A DNA stretch of 64,000 nucleotides, taken from positions 2,418,001-2,482,000 of the forward strand of contig CDLV01000005.1 in assembly GCA_001244265.2 (NCBI GenBank), read 5' to 3'. Below, piece after piece: positions 60,555 to 64,000 of the stretch. Position 1 is the first letter of the stretch; each line of letters opens with the position of its first letter. The notes beneath the pieces are model-generated. The model was not told the DNA's origin. It made no database searches and worked only from the letters and a program-made list of their open reading frames with translations. Position numbers and translations under genes: made by a program. Source of the DNA: Microbotryum violaceum. Its lineage: Eukaryota.

Positions 60555-63507
60555 TCAGGCAGAGTCCGTCTTGGTCCGCTTGCCTCGACCACCGACATCA
60601 CCGGCCTTGCGCTTCACCGATTCGACGAGTTGTTGCAAGTTATCCAACTCCTTGGACTGCTTGCTCGCCTGCTTGACCGATTCCAAAGGCGGTGCACTGA
60701 CGGGAGCTCGTGCATCGAGCTTGTTGGATCGACGCTTCCTTCCTTCGGTCAACAGTGCGTCCATGTTGCGGGTCTTCTGGAACCTCGGGTTGGTCGGGTC
60801 GATCGCAAACTCGTGGTCTTCGTGCAGACTCTTGAATCGATCATCCTTCAGGTCGATCTTGAAAGAGTCCTCGACCTGCGGCTCCTCCGCAGCACCCTTC
60901 TTACCCTTCTTCTTGTGCCGGTTGCGTTTTCCCGACGTCTTCTCGGCCTTGATGATGTTGCGCATGTCAAAGTGCTTAGCCCCGTCCTCGTCGTTGTCCG
61001 ATGCGACAAGCAGCTCGAGCGACGCTTGTGACTTCTTTGCTTCTTCCTCTTCGCGCTGTTTCGCCTCTCGTTTCTCCCGCTTCGAAATTTTTCGGTTCGC
61101 CTCATCCTTGCCTTTGCCTTTAGCGTTCTTCGGTTGTCCAATCTCGTCTCCACTCTCCATACCTTCATCATAGGCAGCGAAGGGGTCTTTCCCGCCATCG
61201 GCGAAAAAGTCGTCGTCGAATCCACCAGGTCCAGTGTTCTTGCCACCAATCTCAGGGCCTTCCTCGCCCTCGGCAGGAAGCGTAACCCCATCGCGCTTAG
61301 CCTTGCGTTCGAGTCGCTTGCGCTCGCGACGCTCCTTCTCCTTGCGCTTGTACGTCTCGATCGCGGTTTCTTCTACTCGTCCATCCTGTTCGTCATCGCT
61401 ATCATCCTGTCCCTTCTTACCCTTCTTGGTTGACAACGCAGAGGCGAATGTGATCTGCATCTCCCCATCCGCACCCTTCTTGCTCGTACCACGACCACCA
61501 TCCCACGTCTGTTCCTCCAATTGGCCGTCAAGCCCGAACAAACTCCTCAACTTGCTCCTCTTGTCCTCACCTTGCTTCTTGTCGCCACCATCGGCCTCGA
61601 AGAAATCGTCGACCTCCTCTGCCTCCTCGCCTTCCCCATCGTCATCAGACGAGCTGGCCAAGTATGCCCTGACACCCTCATCGTTGGCGAGGCCCTTGCC
61701 CTTGCCTTTGGGGTCCATAGCAGCTGCGAGGTAGGACTGGATCTTGGTCTTACGGTGCGGATCGTCAGCGTCCCATGTCAACTTGACTTTTGAATGTCGC
61801 AATGCCTGATGAGAACCGAACATAAATGCGATCAATTCACCGCTTTCTGTACTTTAACGTGCTTTGTGACGGGGAAGCCACTCACATCCGTAACAAAATT
61901 GATGCCGGTGTATGAGGTACCCTCGGAAGCAACGGTCGCTTCTGTCGCTTCATCATGGACCGGATCGTCCTCGAAGGATGTCTCGTCAGGGACGTATCTG
62001 GAGACGAAACCTATCTATCAGCAAAGGCGCGAGAGACGTTCGGGGAAAGAGCGTTCTTACTGAAGATCGAAAAAGTTCGCCGTGTGCTCAAATTCGGTGC
62101 CGAGGATTTGGTCGTGAACATGAGCCGCCGAAGTGGCCGAGTCAAACGTGGCGATGGCATAGTAGTATCTGTGATTGCGATCAAGAACGCCACGCTTGTT
62201 GAGCTCACAGGGCGTGCGCCGTAGTTATTTGAGACGCAACTCACCTCAGCCTCTCGAGTTGGTACTTGCGCAGCGCCTCATGGTCATACTCCTCCTCCCC
62301 ATCCTCAACCTGGTCCCGCACAACGTCTTGTTCGGTGATCGCCACATCGTCTTCGCTCTCGTCGTCGCTGTTGTCACCCCGTCGCTTCTTGCTCTTCATG
62401 GCCTTTGTCTTGCCCTTGTTCTTCTGCCTCCCCAGCACGAGCAACTCCCCTTCACCTTCGTCATTGTCACTTGCAGCGGCTTGAGCGGCCTTGAACACTT
62501 CTGTCGGAGGACCCTCCCTCGCCTCTCGCTCCATTCGTTCTCGACCGAACTGGGATGGGTAAATCCTCAGATGCAACAAACGACCGGGTGCAACGACCAG
62601 CCTCGAGCTAGGCTTAAACCCTTCGACCTCTTCCCCTCGCTCGTCGAACTTTTTCGCTGCTCCGGCAGTAGCTCGGCCGCCTGATGCGGTGGACGTTTCA
62701 GCAATCGAAGCGGCGGTCGCCGACAGAGGGGAAGCGAGAACTCGATAGAGATCCACGGCTCGGATGTTGTCCCAATCCATGTTGACGACGGCCAACCTTT
62801 TCGTTGGATTAGGGTCGTCCTCTTTATCGTCCTCGCCTTCTTCGACTTCGTTATCCGACCCGGCGACGGCGTGTTCTGTTTCTGAAAGGTCGATCGATGG
62901 CGATCTTGGTCGTCGTCTGAGACCCGACTTGGTGATGCCGCCGAACGTGACTGACCCTTCGTCGCCCGAAGATCCTACTTCGGAATCGGAATCGGAATCG
63001 CCTTCGTCTTGATCGTCTTTGTCGTTCTTGTCTCCTTCTTCGTCCGAGGACTCCATCAATACCTGACCACGGGCGAGATCAACGAACGGTTTGGCTGCAA
63101 CACCTGTCTTCTCCTCGTCTGACTCGCTCTCATCACCCTCATCCCCATCCTCTTGCTCTTCCACAACGTCTTTCTTGGTAAAAGAAGGCTTTTGGTCACG
63201 CTGGTCTTCCTCATCTTCCATCCTGTAGTACCTCTTGAGTTCCAGAGTCTTGTTATCCTTCTCGACCTTTCGGCCGTACTTGTCGACCTTTCGCTGCCGC
63301 TTCGAGCCTGAAGCAGCGTCGTTGACCAATATCAGCTCACGATCACAAGGCCAAAGCCGCGGTAGGCGACCAACAAGACGTACCCTCATCCTCATCTTTG
63401 AAAATAGACTCGAACCGCTTGTCAACGACGATCTTGTTCTTGGCCGCTTTGGGTCGCACGAACCGCGGGTCGGTATGTAACCGCGCGAAACGTGGGTCGC
63501 TCGACAT
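60555..63507 (-). CDS. ESF1: Pre-rRNA processing protein Esf1
   Basis: DPRF...DPRF, DKRF, VDKYGR, DLARG, TKRLAVVNMDWDNIRAVDL, IYPSQFGRERM, LRKYQLERLR, ALRHSKVKLTWD, NUC153-like DDRFKSL...FAIDPTNPRF. Confidence 0.96.
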
Positions 63508-64000
63508 GCTGTACGAGGTCCGACTTTCGACTTTGTTCACGATAAGGGAAGGATATCCCGGTGCGGAGGTTGAGGCTGTGAAATGTAGTGCGAGGTCGGG
63601 ATGAGCTCGGGAGGAGCGGCAGGTAGTCCCTCGATCCAGGTGCGCGAAGGGGTTGCGAAGTCAACGTCTTTTGAGCTTGGACCCTCTCTGCGCGACCGAT
63701 CGATCGCCGAGACGAGGCGAGATCGATCGCCTATCGTGAAATGCAAACCATGTTCATGGCCTCAAGAACGTCCAGATAATACTTTGCTTCCATTTTCACC
63801 TACTACGCTCAACTATCTGGCCCTCGGTCACGCCCCGCATCATCTAGTACTGCTCCGCCATGACTGTGAAACGGCGTCCATCCCGTCTAACATGAGCGAA
63901 CAGGCCTTACGAAACCACGACCTAGTCCTTGATCGACGCCCGACTTACTCAAAACGATCAGACTGGACCATCCAGTAAACGGATAGCTCCGCTGGCCTTT

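Noticed and set aside
1-64000. Transposons, CRISPR arrays, tRNA/rRNA genes, mating-type genes
   Set aside because: No transposase, RT or integrase motifs, terminal repeats, spaced repeat arrays or recognisable structural RNA were seen by eye; small ncRNAs cannot be excluded without covariance-model searches.

Overview
Gene-dense, intron-rich eukaryotic DNA. Short GT-AG introns with CTRAY branch points, frequent GTCAGT donors and the gene content point to a basidiomycete, probably a Pucciniomycotina/Microbotryomycetes yeast-like fungus (inference). About 27 coding loci were reconstructed by manual splicing: an M20 carboxypeptidase (partial), an F-box/LRR-like gene with an internal TAA, TRS33, ARP5, an orphan, a PA-TM-RING E3 ligase, a class II aldolase/adducin pseudogene, a Puf4-type pumilio protein, RFC1, a WDR83/MORG1-like WD40 gene, a secreted protein, a DUF2415-type WD40 gene, eRF1 (SUP45), a HAD phosphatase, an AsaB/CmcJ/NvfI-type dioxygenase, two tandem Asteroid/XPG-like PIN nucleases, a zinc-finger protein, a PXA protein, a possible BCL7-like gene, SLD2, a hotdog thioesterase, MGE1, SEC20 with a long acidic KDEL tail, a TRP14-like thioredoxin missing from the ORF track, a GT77-like protein and ESF1. 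No rRNA, tRNA, transposon or CRISPR feature was recognised, and no multi-gene pathway cluster is evident. The most notable observations are a candidate CUG start for SLD2, a BCL7-like motif visible only after splicing, the paired PIN nucleases with a genomic AATAAA-A30 tail, a GC-AG intron with an immediate stop in eRF1, a CTCAGCG triplet shared by two bidirectional promoters, and the SEC20 extension. All family calls come from recalled motifs, not database searches.
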